Part shown: piece after piece, positions 1-7,839 of the stretch
Layout of the letters: each line of letters starts with the position of its first letter
Numbering within the stretch: position 1 is the first letter of the stretch
NCBI GenBank assembly: GCA_022664555.1
Contig: GCA_022664555.1_4839.1
DNA: 23,185 nucleotides
Source of the DNA: Escherichia coli
GTDB taxonomy: Bacteria; Pseudomonadota; Gammaproteobacteria; Enterobacterales; Enterobacteriaceae
Strand: one strand, 5' to 3'
The notes under the pieces: generated by a model
What the model saw: only the letters and a program-made list of their open reading frames with translations
Told to the model about the DNA's origin: nothing
Database searches by the model: none
Position numbers and translations under genes: made by a program

Positions 1-28
1 GCCTGAAGGATCTTTCTACAGGCACTCC

Positions 29-148
29 TCACTTACGTTTGCGCTTGTTCTTTCCATAGGTCTTCGCCTTCTTCTTGCGGGTTACAGATGGACGACCATG
101 TCCCGGTTCGCCGGGTGTACCACCCTGAGTGTAACGACGCCCCCACAT
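29..148 (-). CDS. possible small basic protein (39 aa)
   Basis: Hand-translated ORF below the 60-aa track cutoff: ATG at 148-146, TGA at 31-29; weak GGTGA SD about 4 nt upstream. Lys/Arg-rich tail (KKKAKTYGKNKRKRK) resembles the tail of CDS 681..1031. Confidence 0.25.
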   Translation of the reverse strand: MWGRRYTQGGTPGEPGHGRPSVTRKKKAKTYGKNKRKRK

Positions 149-225
149 ATCATCACCACGATGCGAGGCGACTATTTACATTTATGACAGCGCTAGCATA
201 GCAGCAACAGCCGCAGATGATTTCT

Positions 226-681
226 TCATTTCGTTTCCCCCTTGGCAGCATAGGACAGTGCCTTGACGATCATTACAGCCAGATCGATCGGCGAGTAGGT
301 GCTGTTCAGATCTTCTCGAACACTCTGCTCGATTTCTTCATCAGACTGGACCACAGGACAGTTCTTCCCCTGGCGACGGCGTTCTGCGTTGATCATATCA
401 CGCAGGAGCAGATCGGTGAAGGAGTACTCATCAAAGTTCTCCAGGTATTTCTGAATCCCAGTGGATACAGGGGTTGGCTCCGGCTCCTGTGCCCCAGTAT
501 CTTTCAAGGCAGCAACAGTGGCATCAATATCCCACAGAGGGTTCATCAGTAACAGAAGATTAACTGTTTCTCCTGACTCTGAAGTCGGGTTCTTTCCCAG
601 CACCTTGTACAGATTCTTCAGGGTGCTGTCGAAGGTCAGAACGGTCTGCGCCAGTTCTTCATAAGTTGGTTTGGTAGTCAT
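226..681 (-). CDS. hypothetical protein (151 aa)
   Basis: Track ORF; its ATG overlaps the stop of the upstream gene by 1 nt (translational coupling). No recognisable motif. Confidence 0.6.
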   Translation of the reverse strand: MTTKPTYEELAQTVLTFDSTLKNLYKVLGKNPTSESGETVNLLLLMNPLWDIDATVAALKDTGAQEPEPTPVSTGIQKYLENFDEYSFTDLLLRDMINAERRRQGKNCPVVQSDEEIEQSVREDLNSTYSPIDLAVMIVKALSYAAKGETK

Positions 682-1031
682 CAGCGTTTGTTCCGGCGTT
701 TGTTCTTCATCTTCTTGGCCTGACGTTTGTGAGCAGCGGCTCCACGCAGGCGTGTGGGTTCTTGATAGCGGCGGTCGGCATAGAACTCCCGCATATCACA
801 TTCAGTGTCTCGTTGTTTAAGTTTGGCAATCAGAGCCTTGGTGTCCGGCATCTGTTCTAACTCGTCACAGATGATCATGCGCTCACCAGGCTCATTCCGA
901 CGCTTCGGGATATCATCGGGGGTGATGTGCACAACCTCAACTCCCGGCAGCTTCTCTTCCAGTAGAACTTTGATCAACCTATAACCCAGTACGTATACAA
1001 CAATCACAATCTTTCTTGGCTTGTCTGTCAT
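681..1031 (-). CDS. hypothetical protein with basic C-terminal tail (116 aa)
   Basis: Track ORF 681..1061 trimmed to the ATG at 1031, which has GGACAGGAAC (AGGA) 4-5 nt upstream. C-terminus KRQAKKMKNKRRNKR. Confidence 0.6.
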   Translation of the reverse strand: MTDKPRKIVIVVYVLGYRLIKVLLEEKLPGVEVVHITPDDIPKRRNEPGERMIICDELEQMPDTKALIAKLKQRDTECDMREFYADRRYQEPTRLRGAAAHKRQAKKMKNKRRNKR

Positions 1032-1040
1032 GTTCCTGTC

Positions 1041-1080
1041 CACGAAAAAGGGATAGAGCAATAATACCCTATCCCCCTTT
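1041..1080 (-). terminator. intrinsic terminator hairpin, probably bidirectional
   Basis: GGGATAG...CTATCCC stem (about 1050-1075). On the minus strand it is followed by TTTTTCG; on the plus strand by CCTTTATTGAA. Lies between the stop of CDS 1093..1506 and the start of CDS 681..1031. Confidence 0.6.
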
Positions 1081-1092
1081 ATTGAAGAACGA

Positions 1093-1506
1093 TTAGTCTT
1101 CAGATTCTACTTTACCGCCTCGTAGATCCCGAACTGGTTTACCGTCCGGTGTCATCACATAAATGGTGTTGATTGTCTCAAACCAAGACAGCTGGTCAAC
1201 ACCCTCGGTGTATGGAGTCACCGGAACAGAAGTCTTGACCTCTTTGCCTTTCGTGTTCGGATGTTCAACCACATCCAAGAACGCACATTTCCCGCTCGGA
1301 AGGATCACACCATCAGTAAACAGCACGATCTTCTTGCGAGGGTTGCTGGCCTCACCCAGGCACACCACCAGATGATGGATCATCTCGGGGCGGTCAATCA
1401 ACATGTCGTCTTTGATAATCCCTTGCTTGATAGCAGAGATCACCACCTCATCCAACAGAGCCTGCTGTTGGTCCAGTGTCAGGGATTCAGTGAGTTTCAC
1501 GCTCAT
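1093..1506 (-). CDS. hypothetical protein (137 aa)
   Basis: Track ORF 1093..1575 trimmed to the in-frame ATG at 1506 (MSVKLTES...), which sits 5 nt downstream of the LemA-like gene stop and has an AAGG SD. Confidence 0.55.
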   Translation of the reverse strand: MSVKLTESLTLDQQQALLDEVVISAIKQGIIKDDMLIDRPEMIHHLVVCLGEASNPRKKIVLFTDGVILPSGKCAFLDVVEHPNTKGKEVKTSVPVTPYTEGVDQLSWFETINTIYVMTPDGKPVRDLRGGKVESED

Positions 1507-1510
1507 GACA

Positions 1511-2080
1511 TCAGCCTTTGAAGTTAATCGGTTTCTGAATACCAGCGTCGAACGCGGCCTGGGTACGGGTATCACTCACCACTTGGCAGGTCTTGTCAAG
1601 GTCGATGCGCGGGTAGCCGAACATGCCAGCAATCAACGAACCAGGGAACTGAGCCAGCTTGGTTTCGTATATTGTGCAGATATCCAGCTTCTTGGTCTGA
1701 CTGATGCGGAATTCATCACGCCCAGAACTGATCACCACCTGGATCTCTTTGTACAGGCTGGAATCGAACTGAATATTCTGCTCCTGGATCCACTGCATGA
1801 CGGCCTTGGAACCATCAGCGCCATAACGCCCTTCGAACGTGCCTTTGATCACTTCCTTCAGGCCGTCTTTATACATGTCAGGAATCTGCGCCGTCTCTTG
1901 AACTTTGAGCGTATAGTTGCTCAGGTAGTTCTCGGAGTCTTTGTTGAACTTCTTGACCTGCTGCTCAGTGCGGTTGAAGTCGTTGAAGTAGCTGATGACT
2001 GTACCGATGCCGAGAATCACTACACCCAGCAAAGCCAAACCAATTATCCAACCTGTTGCAATACCCTTAGATTGAGACAT
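1511..2080 (-). CDS. LemA-family membrane protein (189 aa)
   Basis: N-terminal transmembrane helix (GIATGWIIGLALLGVVILGIGTVI) followed by a soluble domain whose C-terminal segment YETKLAQFPGSLIAGMFGYP matches the LemA signature (Y-N-x-x-I-x-x-F-P-x-x-L-x-A-G-x-F-G-F) as recalled from the family. AGAGGAAG SD 5 nt before the ATG at 2080. Confidence 0.55.
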   Translation of the reverse strand: MSQSKGIATGWIIGLALLGVVILGIGTVISYFNDFNRTEQQVKKFNKDSENYLSNYTLKVQETAQIPDMYKDGLKEVIKGTFEGRYGADGSKAVMQWIQEQNIQFDSSLYKEIQVVISSGRDEFRISQTKKLDICTIYETKLAQFPGSLIAGMFGYPRIDLDKTCQVVSDTRTQAAFDAGIQKPINFKG

Positions 2081-2098
2081 TCTTACTTCCTCTTTTGA

Positions 2099-3106
2099 TT
2101 AAAAATTAAACGGATAACGACGACGGCCACCATTGTACTCCATTCGCTGCAATATGAAAATTGCGGTGAATGGTAAGCAGCCCAGCAGAACAATAACCAC
2201 AACTTCCCAGGTCTTGAGTTCCCGCCACTTCAGGTACTCCATTTCCTTCATCTCAACGCGGTTGTAGCCTTTGGTGATGTTAGCGACAACATCAGCCATG
2301 ACACCGACGCCCATGTCGTGGCCTGTGAGAGTCATGCCATTGCGAGAGTGTAGTTCACGGTTATGCATACCATCAGCGAACGAAGTGCTCTTACCCCAGT
2401 TGATCTTCAGATCTTTGCTGATGTCGGTCACGACGATAACGTCGTTCTTTTTACCACCATCCCAAGCATAGACCAAGCCCTGGAAGTATTCAACTGGCTG
2501 ACCGGATGTCACAACCCAGACGATATTGACCTGACGTGAAGCACCTAATGTTTTCAGAGTATTGTTCAGATAGTCGTTCCAGTATGTGGTCGGTAACGCC
2601 AGGCCGGACACATTCAACACACGAGTGACACGATAGTAGTCATAGACCTCAGGGTACTTGGGAATCTTGTCTTTGAAGCGTTCAGCAAACTGCTGGTCTG
2701 AGCGGGAGAACAGAGAGTCCTTGTTGCCCAGCACATAGTTCATGTAGTAATGCTCACGGGCGGCAGGTTCACCAATCTGAACCTGTGTCCAGCGCGGCGG
2801 TTGACCAAGACCACGGCGGTCAATGCGGTCAATCGTCAGATTACCAACAGTCGTCAGCACATCCCAGTCCACGTCATACGAATGCTCATAACAGGTGCTG
2901 CAATGGCGGGTACGGGTGCAGGACTTACTACTGCCGGAGCCAGAGCACGATGTGGTGTAGTAACAGTTGCATTCATATGAATGCTCACAGCTCACCTCAT
3001 TCCGCTCCTTTGCAGTGACGTACCCGTTCAGGATCTCAATATCCCCTGAACTGCCAAGGGAGAACGCAGCATAAGTCCCCGCCTGAATCAGACACGATAG
3101 CACCAC
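2099..3106 (-). CDS. membrane protein with Cys-rich N-terminal region and TPM-like domain (335 aa); start uncertain
   Basis: Hydrophobic N-terminus, a run of about 10 Cys in 45 residues (CEHSYECNCYYTTSCSGSGSSKSCTRTRHCSTCYEHSY), a segment W-x-GGKKNDVIVVTDISKDLKINWGKS resembling the TPM-domain core (W-x-G-x-K-x-GVLLLV-x-DR-x-IEVGYG), and a C-terminal TM helix (VVVIVLLGCLPFTAIFIL). The track start is a GTG (3106-3104) with only a weak SD. Confidence 0.45.
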   Translation of the reverse strand: MVLSCLIQAGTYAAFSLGSSGDIEILNGYVTAKERNEVSCEHSYECNCYYTTSCSGSGSSKSCTRTRHCSTCYEHSYDVDWDVLTTVGNLTIDRIDRRGLGQPPRWTQVQIGEPAAREHYYMNYVLGNKDSLFSRSDQQFAERFKDKIPKYPEVYDYYRVTRVLNVSGLALPTTYWNDYLNNTLKTLGASRQVNIVWVVTSGQPVEYFQGLVYAWDGGKKNDVIVVTDISKDLKINWGKSTSFADGMHNRELHSRNGMTLTGHDMGVGVMADVVANITKGYNRVEMKEMEYLKWRELKTWEVVVIVLLGCLPFTAIFILQRMEYNGGRRRYPFNF

Positions 3107-3210
3107 TACAATCTCGGTCGATATCTGAGTGTCTTTATGCTAATTGTTATTGTTTTTGTATATCACATATTGTATAGCAAGTACCAATTTCACACCAAAC
3201 TGGATGTAGA

Positions 3211-3429
3211 TCATTTGGATTCACCGACAAGCTGCGCCTTGGTCATCCCAAGGAGTTGATCTTTATGCTCAGGATTGGCACCGTTCTTTAACAACAAATC
3301 CCAACGCTCTTCATGGTACTGTGGGTCCAGTGCTTCATCAAATGTGATGTGGTGGCGGAACATAATAGTTGCCACTGAATGGACACAGTGAGCGATTGCG
3401 CGCTTCATTGTTCGGGTATTCTTGATCAT
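3211..3429 (-). CDS. hypothetical protein (72 aa)
   Basis: Track ORF 3211..3450 trimmed to the ATG at 3429-3427, which has GGAGGGTG SD 6 nt upstream and forms an ATGA overlap with the stop of CDS 3426..3650. Confidence 0.55.
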   Translation of the reverse strand: MIKNTRTMKRAIAHCVHSVATIMFRHHITFDEALDPQYHEERWDLLLKNGANPEHKDQLLGMTKAQLVGESK

Positions 3430-3650
3430 CTTGTACACCCTCCGACACAAATGATATTCAGTTCGCCACGGACAAACCCATTCTTACCGGAGGATTTGTT
3501 GCCGTTCAGCATTTTCCACAGCCCATCAGCGTCGCCCAATTCCGGCATCTGATACTGTACCACAGGGGTCTTGCGATCTTCTTCGAGCATTACAGACACC
3601 ATAGATTCGATATCCAGGGAGTCCATATCTTCAATTCGTTGCATTGCCAT
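3426..3650 (-). CDS. hypothetical protein (74 aa)
   Basis: Track ORF; ATG at 3650 preceded by AAGAGGA SD (spacing 6). Confidence 0.6.
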   Translation of the reverse strand: MAMQRIEDMDSLDIESMVSVMLEEDRKTPVVQYQMPELGDADGLWKMLNGNKSSGKNGFVRGELNIICVGGCTR

Positions 3651-3662
3651 AGTGAAATCCTC

Positions 3663-3860
3663 TTAATAGAGTTTGGTGTATGTTTGTTTGACACACATAA
3701 AAGTGCTCATATATCTTTGTGATTCCACCAAATGAGCAAACGCCTTTTCTGCCGAACTCTTGTCCTTGAACTCCAGAACGGAAGTGTCTACTGCAATAGA
3801 TTGATTCTTCCCGTCGAAGCCAACGGTTGTCACTAAGATCTTATAATCTTGGGTTTCCAT
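3663..3860 (-). CDS. hypothetical protein (65 aa)
   Basis: Track ORF 3663..3932 trimmed to the ATG at 3860 (METQDYKIL...), preceded by AAGGA SD. The 5' extension in the track would read through the terminator hairpin. Confidence 0.55.
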   Translation of the reverse strand: METQDYKILVTTVGFDGKNQSIAVDTSVLEFKDKSSAEKAFAHLVESQRYMSTFMCVKQTYTKLY

Positions 3861-3871
3861 GATGTATATCC

Positions 3872-3917
3872 TTGCAAAAAAGAAAGGGGAACGGGCTAAT
3901 AATAACCCATTCCCCTT
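3872..3917 (-). terminator. intrinsic terminator, probably bidirectional
   Basis: GGGGAACGGG...CCCATTCCCC stem (3886-3895 / 3906-3915, one mismatch). Minus strand has TTTCTTTTTT after it; plus strand has TTTATTGAAGG. Confidence 0.6.
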
Positions 3918-3943
3918 TATTGAAGGAAGCAACCCCAGTCAGA

Positions 3944-4111
3944 TTACTTTTTCTTCAGCTCGTCCAGTTTGGCTTCGATCTGGTCCAGAATCTCTTTGCC
4001 TTTCTGAACAATCACTTCACCATCTTGCGCGTGTTTACGGAAGACCAGAGCACCAGCGATGAAGCCGACAACCGCGCTAGGAAGCGCATAAACCAGCAGA
4101 TCTTGTAACAT
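3944..4111 (-). CDS. small membrane protein (55 aa)
   Basis: Hand-translated ORF below the track cutoff: MLQDLLVYALPSAVVGFIAGALVFRKHAQDGEVIVQKGKEILDQIEAKLDELKKK. ATG at 4111-4109, TAA at 3946-3944, GAGGA SD about 8 nt upstream. One predicted TM helix. Confidence 0.5.
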   Translation of the reverse strand: MLQDLLVYALPSAVVGFIAGALVFRKHAQDGEVIVQKGKEILDQIEAKLDELKKK

Positions 4112-4116
4112 GATAA

Positions 4117-4141
4117 TATCCTCGCTTTATAGGCGAGGATA
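4117..4141 (-). promoter_or_regulatory. 9-bp hairpin that contains the SD of CDS 3944..4111
   Basis: TATCCTCGC / GCGAGGATA perfect inverted repeat with a 7-nt loop, sitting exactly between the stop of CDS 4148..5383 and the ATG at 4111. The GAGGA of the downstream SD lies inside the stem. Confidence 0.4.
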
Positions 4142-4147
4142 TTTATA

Positions 4148-5383
4148 TCAGCGTTTCAAGAGTGTCATGAGGTTGACGCTGCTGGACTTCGACTTGTCCT
4201 CAACCTTGCGCACAGGCATCTTCAGGTTCGTACATACCTCGGATGGTTCCCAGCGCGTACCCTTTTGCAGGTGCCAGATATGCAGAGGAACACCAGTCTC
4301 AAAGAACACAGGCATCTTCCACTTCTGGACGCCTGGAACGTGCCCTGCAGGAGCCTTTTCGCACAACAGGGTATCTGGCAGCCAGAGCGAACGGGCTTCC
4401 CAGAGCGCTGCGCAGGAGTATTCAGGCCAGACGCGTTCCATGTAGTCTATCTCATCCCAGGTACGCTCTGCGTCCCACCCGATGTAACGGGTATTCTTCA
4501 GTCGGAAGAATTTCTTCAGCCAACAAGCACCGGAGGTTTCAAAGTTCAGACGGTTGATGAACGTCAGATGCCCAAACTCAGCCACACAATCCTGGAACGC
4601 CTGCTCAAGGTCGGCCTCAAGGATGTCACACTCTTCATCCGTGATAGGACAACCGTTGATCTTTTTCTTCCCGTGTTTAGTCACCCAATCGTCACGGTTG
4701 GATAAGAACGCCGCGCCATTACGGTTGGACTCGCTTCCATCACGATCACGCAGCATGAAGCCAGGGACGTCAATGGTGTATTCGTTTCCGAATACCATGT
4801 TCAGGGCTTCCAGGAAGTTCCAGGCGCTCAGGCGACCGAAGTATTTCCAGGACATCGCCGTGTCCCACAGCTGGGTGAATTGTTCTGTCTTATCGATGCA
4901 CACCAACATCCCACGGAAAGCGTCATATTGAGTACGGCCAGCCAGCCAGTCAATATAGGACTGTACACACGGAATCATCTTGGACTTGCGGTAGCGACAG
5001 TCGGTATCGAATCGCATGCGATCAAAGTTCAGATTATACCAATCAGAGAAGCGCTGCATCTCTTCCTTAGACTGAGGCGGCACAGGGAACTCACTGTAGA
5101 TAGTCCACGGTCCGACAGCGTTATAGCAACAACCCCACAGGAATGCCATCCAGATCTTGCGCTCGACTTTCTGTTCGAGGCTGATGCCTTCAGTGGCTTC
5201 GATCGCATAGTCCATCAGACGCATCTGCTGGTTGTGCTCTTCTGTGTAGGACAGCGCCTCCACCCAAGCCTTGAGCAAGTACATGCGATTCTCAGGCTTG
5301 CGATAATCAACAGCTAGGTCAATCGGGTACTTCCATTCAGCCGGAGGCGTATAGCCCGTCGGCATTTTAGATAAATGATGCAT
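4148..5383 (-). CDS. hypothetical protein, Trp/Cys-rich (411 aa)
   Basis: Long uninterrupted track ORF; ATG at 5383 with GAGGAAG SD. No motif I can assign with confidence. Confidence 0.65.
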   Translation of the reverse strand: MHHLSKMPTGYTPPAEWKYPIDLAVDYRKPENRMYLLKAWVEALSYTEEHNQQMRLMDYAIEATEGISLEQKVERKIWMAFLWGCCYNAVGPWTIYSEFPVPPQSKEEMQRFSDWYNLNFDRMRFDTDCRYRKSKMIPCVQSYIDWLAGRTQYDAFRGMLVCIDKTEQFTQLWDTAMSWKYFGRLSAWNFLEALNMVFGNEYTIDVPGFMLRDRDGSESNRNGAAFLSNRDDWVTKHGKKKINGCPITDEECDILEADLEQAFQDCVAEFGHLTFINRLNFETSGACWLKKFFRLKNTRYIGWDAERTWDEIDYMERVWPEYSCAALWEARSLWLPDTLLCEKAPAGHVPGVQKWKMPVFFETGVPLHIWHLQKGTRWEPSEVCTNLKMPVRKVEDKSKSSSVNLMTLLKR

Positions 5384-5744
5384 CTTTCGCTTCCTCTTCA
5401 GGAGCCACAGCTTCAGGCTCAGGAGCCAGCTGAATATCTTCCGGCTTCACGAACCCCATCGGACGTTCCCACATATCGATAAAGCGACGGTCAGCGGTCA
5501 CGAACCACAGACGGGCTGCAGTGTGAGTCTTACCCGAGATGAACATCTGAGCATTCGTCTGGGTACGGAACGGAGCAGCCTGCAACCACTTGCCGAAGTC
5601 TTTGGACGACGGATTGGCATTCAGCTGGAACTGAGGGATGACGCAGTTCTTTTCAGGAATCAGGCGCACGGCAGTAATGTGCTTGGCGTTTCCGGTGTAG
5701 TCAATCGCGACAGCCACAGCATCGCGAGGGATTTGAATTTTCAT
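5367..5744 (-). CDS. hypothetical protein (125 aa)
   Basis: Track ORF 5367..5879 trimmed to the ATG at 5744 (MKIQIPRD...), which has AAGGAA SD 5 nt upstream and an ATGA overlap with the stop of CDS 5741..5938. Confidence 0.55.
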   Translation of the reverse strand: MKIQIPRDAVAVAIDYTGNAKHITAVRLIPEKNCVIPQFQLNANPSSKDFGKWLQAAPFRTQTNAQMFISGKTHTAARLWFVTADRRFIDMWERPMGFVKPEDIQLAPEPEAVAPEEEAKDASFI

Positions 5745-5938
5745 TTTGGTTCCTTGAATATTTTGTAACCAGCAGCGCCGATAGACATCACCGCGCCAAT
5801 ACAGTACATCACAGTCACGTTCAACTTCTCTGAGGTTGTTAAGTCCAGAGGGGTGAAATGATAGGCTAGGGCAGTGCACATTGAAACGGCTGCCATAACC
5901 AGACCAATGAACAACAGATAATTAGACAACCGTTTCAT
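5741..5938 (-). CDS. small membrane protein (65 aa, two hydrophobic helices)
   Basis: Track ORF 5741..5944 (GTG start) trimmed to the ATG at 5938, preceded by AAGGGGTGA SD. Two hydrophobic segments: LLFIGLVMAAVSMCTALAY and VMYCIGAVMSIGAAGY. Confidence 0.55.
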   Translation of the reverse strand: MKRLSNYLLFIGLVMAAVSMCTALAYHFTPLDLTTSEKLNVTVMYCIGAVMSIGAAGYKIFKEPK

Positions 5939-5940
5939 GA

Positions 5941-6846
5941 TCACCCCTTCTTCATCAGGTCAAGGAGAGAGCGCGACGCTGCCTTCGGTGCTTCTGGCTG
6001 GGCGCTCGCCTTGGTTTTAGTTTTGGATGCCTTCTGCGGCTTCTCAGGCACTCTGTGCGCCAAAGGATCATCACCGCCGACCTCACGGGTCATTGGATTG
6101 GTTTCACAGTAGGCATAAAAATCTTTGATGTCAAGGTTAACCGCGCCGATATCCATCTGATAAGCGATAGCATCCCCGACAACCCAAAGAGGGGCATCAA
6201 ACGGCATGACTGCCAGTTCGCTACGTGGATCCATTTCCCACTCATTCTGAGAAGGTTTTGTATACTCAACATCCTGCCCACTGTACACGTCTGCCAAAAC
6301 GTTCCACCCCAGTGCCAACATTTCGGCCTTCGACTTCTCAAACTCCTTGTAGTAAGATTCGTTGCGCGACCAGCCGGAGTTCCCTGCTTCTTTACCAGAG
6401 CGACCACGGATACGAGCATCGTACTGATAGCGGTCGGGGTACGCAAAGTACAGCAGCGCCAATGATTCAATCGGATAGTTCTTGAACATCCATTCAGGAC
6501 GCCATTTGTCCGATAGCATGAGAGGTTCTCCCTCGCACACCAGAGTGTATCCCTGAACCAACCAGCACTTGATTAGATCACGAGCAATATCGCCTGAGCC
6601 TGTAGCAGCATGGATTGCATCCATTGAAGTCCAGGAAGCCAGGCCGGACTTGTTAGACACGGTGTACTGTCCAACGAAGATTAACTTCAGCTCTCCGAAC
6701 TTCAGGCCAAACGGGCGAGTCTTGTCACCAACGGTGTAGGTCAGTTCGGTAGGCTCCAGCTTAGTGCGCAGCCATTCGATGAACTGGACCACTCTCGTAC
6801 CCTTGCCCGTGGCCGAGGTGCCTTTCACTACAATTATTTTAGCCAT
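5941..6846 (-). CDS. P-loop nucleotide kinase-like protein (301 aa)
   Basis: Walker-A motif near the N-terminus (IIVVKGTSATGKGT, GxxxxGKGT type as in guanylate/nucleoside-monophosphate kinases). GGAGAA SD before the ATG at 6846. No HAD DxDxT motif, so not a T4 Pnk-type fused kinase-phosphatase. Confidence 0.5.
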   Translation of the reverse strand: MAKIIVVKGTSATGKGTRVVQFIEWLRTKLEPTELTYTVGDKTRPFGLKFGELKLIFVGQYTVSNKSGLASWTSMDAIHAATGSGDIARDLIKCWLVQGYTLVCEGEPLMLSDKWRPEWMFKNYPIESLALLYFAYPDRYQYDARIRGRSGKEAGNSGWSRNESYYKEFEKSKAEMLALGWNVLADVYSGQDVEYTKPSQNEWEMDPRSELAVMPFDAPLWVVGDAIAYQMDIGAVNLDIKDFYAYCETNPMTREVGGDDPLAHRVPEKPQKASKTKTKASAQPEAPKAASRSLLDLMKKG

Positions 6847-7525
6847 TTAATATTCTCCAACCGAGACATGTTTTAGCCCTACCTTTCAAGAGATTCGTTA
6901 TATTACCGGAAGGGAGGCCATATTGAAGTTCCATGTCGCATCTTCTTAACTCAACGATGCGACCATCTTTGTGCTGCCATTTGTAAATCTTTTCATCGCG
7001 ACCAGGACCAATGTCTATCAGACCAAGAGCATGCAGCCTCTTCCTAGTTTCCCCTCCACGCGTTTGAGATTCAGAGGAAGGTCTTGGTGGTTTGGGGATC
7101 TTCCCTTCTGACATCAATTTGCTTATAATCTTACCCTTTCTGGCTTGTGCTTCAGGGGTGAGTCTTGGTGGAGGTTTAATCTTACCTTCAGCGATCAAAC
7201 GTTTGCGGGTTGCGGCGCTCTTTGCGGATGACTCTGGCGTGGCCAATGGAGGCTTCCCACCCCCGACGACCATGTTATAACACCACCCAGAGTCAAGGAT
7301 CTCCTGGCAGACCAGTTCAGACTCTATCTGAAGGATAACCGAATCTTTCCCTCGGAACAGAACTTCAAACTTGAACTGGTCTTCACCGTATTTCTTGAAC
7401 GCTCGTTGTAATGCAATGCTCCCCTGACCACACTTATGCTCAGTCAACCGCCTATCCGGTTCTGAGGTGACACCGATATAGAATTTATGATTGACGAGAT
7501 TCGTGATCAGGTAGAGCGACAGCAT
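6839..7525 (-). mobile_element. GIY-YIG homing endonuclease gene (Seg-like, 228 aa)
   Basis: N-terminal LYLITNLVNHKFYIGVTS carries both halves of the GIY-YIG motif, with downstream Arg/Glu catalytic-region residues. The C-terminal half has tandem basic proline-rich repeats (GKIKPPPRLTPEAQARKGK / GKIPKPPRPSSESQTRGGETRKR), consistent with a DNA-binding domain. Overlaps both neighbours (TAATG at 7523-7527; 8 nt with the kinase-like gene). Confidence 0.85.
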
Positions 7526-7830
7526 TACACAGCGTCCTCAATACGCCAGCTCACGCCGCCCAGCCAAGGTGCCCAGAACACAGCAACATGCGGACGACCG
7601 TTTTCTTCAAACTTAACTTTATACTGGTCGTCGAAGTTATAGAAGATTTCATCCGCTTCAGAGCGCTGGCCGATCTTCACCAGTACATCATGAAGAGCCT
7701 TGGCTGCGCCGATAGGAGTCGGAGTCTCCTGCTGGCGAATGAAGTTGTTCACATGGTTAATCACGCCATCCATGTCGCTATCACCGGAACGCTTGTCGGG
7801 GATTTCCCCGAACTTATTCTGATCTTGCAC
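7525..7830 (-). CDS. hypothetical protein (101 aa), GTG start
   Basis: Track ORF; the first codon is GTG with a strong AGGAGGA SD 4 nt upstream. Confidence 0.55.
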   Translation of the reverse strand: MQDQNKFGEIPDKRSGDSDMDGVINHVNNFIRQQETPTPIGAAKALHDVLVKIGQRSEADEIFYNFDDQYKVKFEENGRPHVAVFWAPWLGGVSWRIEDAV

Positions 7831-7839
7831 GATGTCCTC

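Noticed and set aside
1403-2098. 231-aa plus-strand ORF overlapping the LemA-like gene
   Set aside because: Antisense to a gene with a recognisable family signature and good RBS; no SD of its own.
4243-5317. Plus-strand ORFs 4243..4557, 4265..4705, 4554..4931 and 4880..5317
   Set aside because: All are antisense to the 411-aa minus-strand gene; none has an SD.
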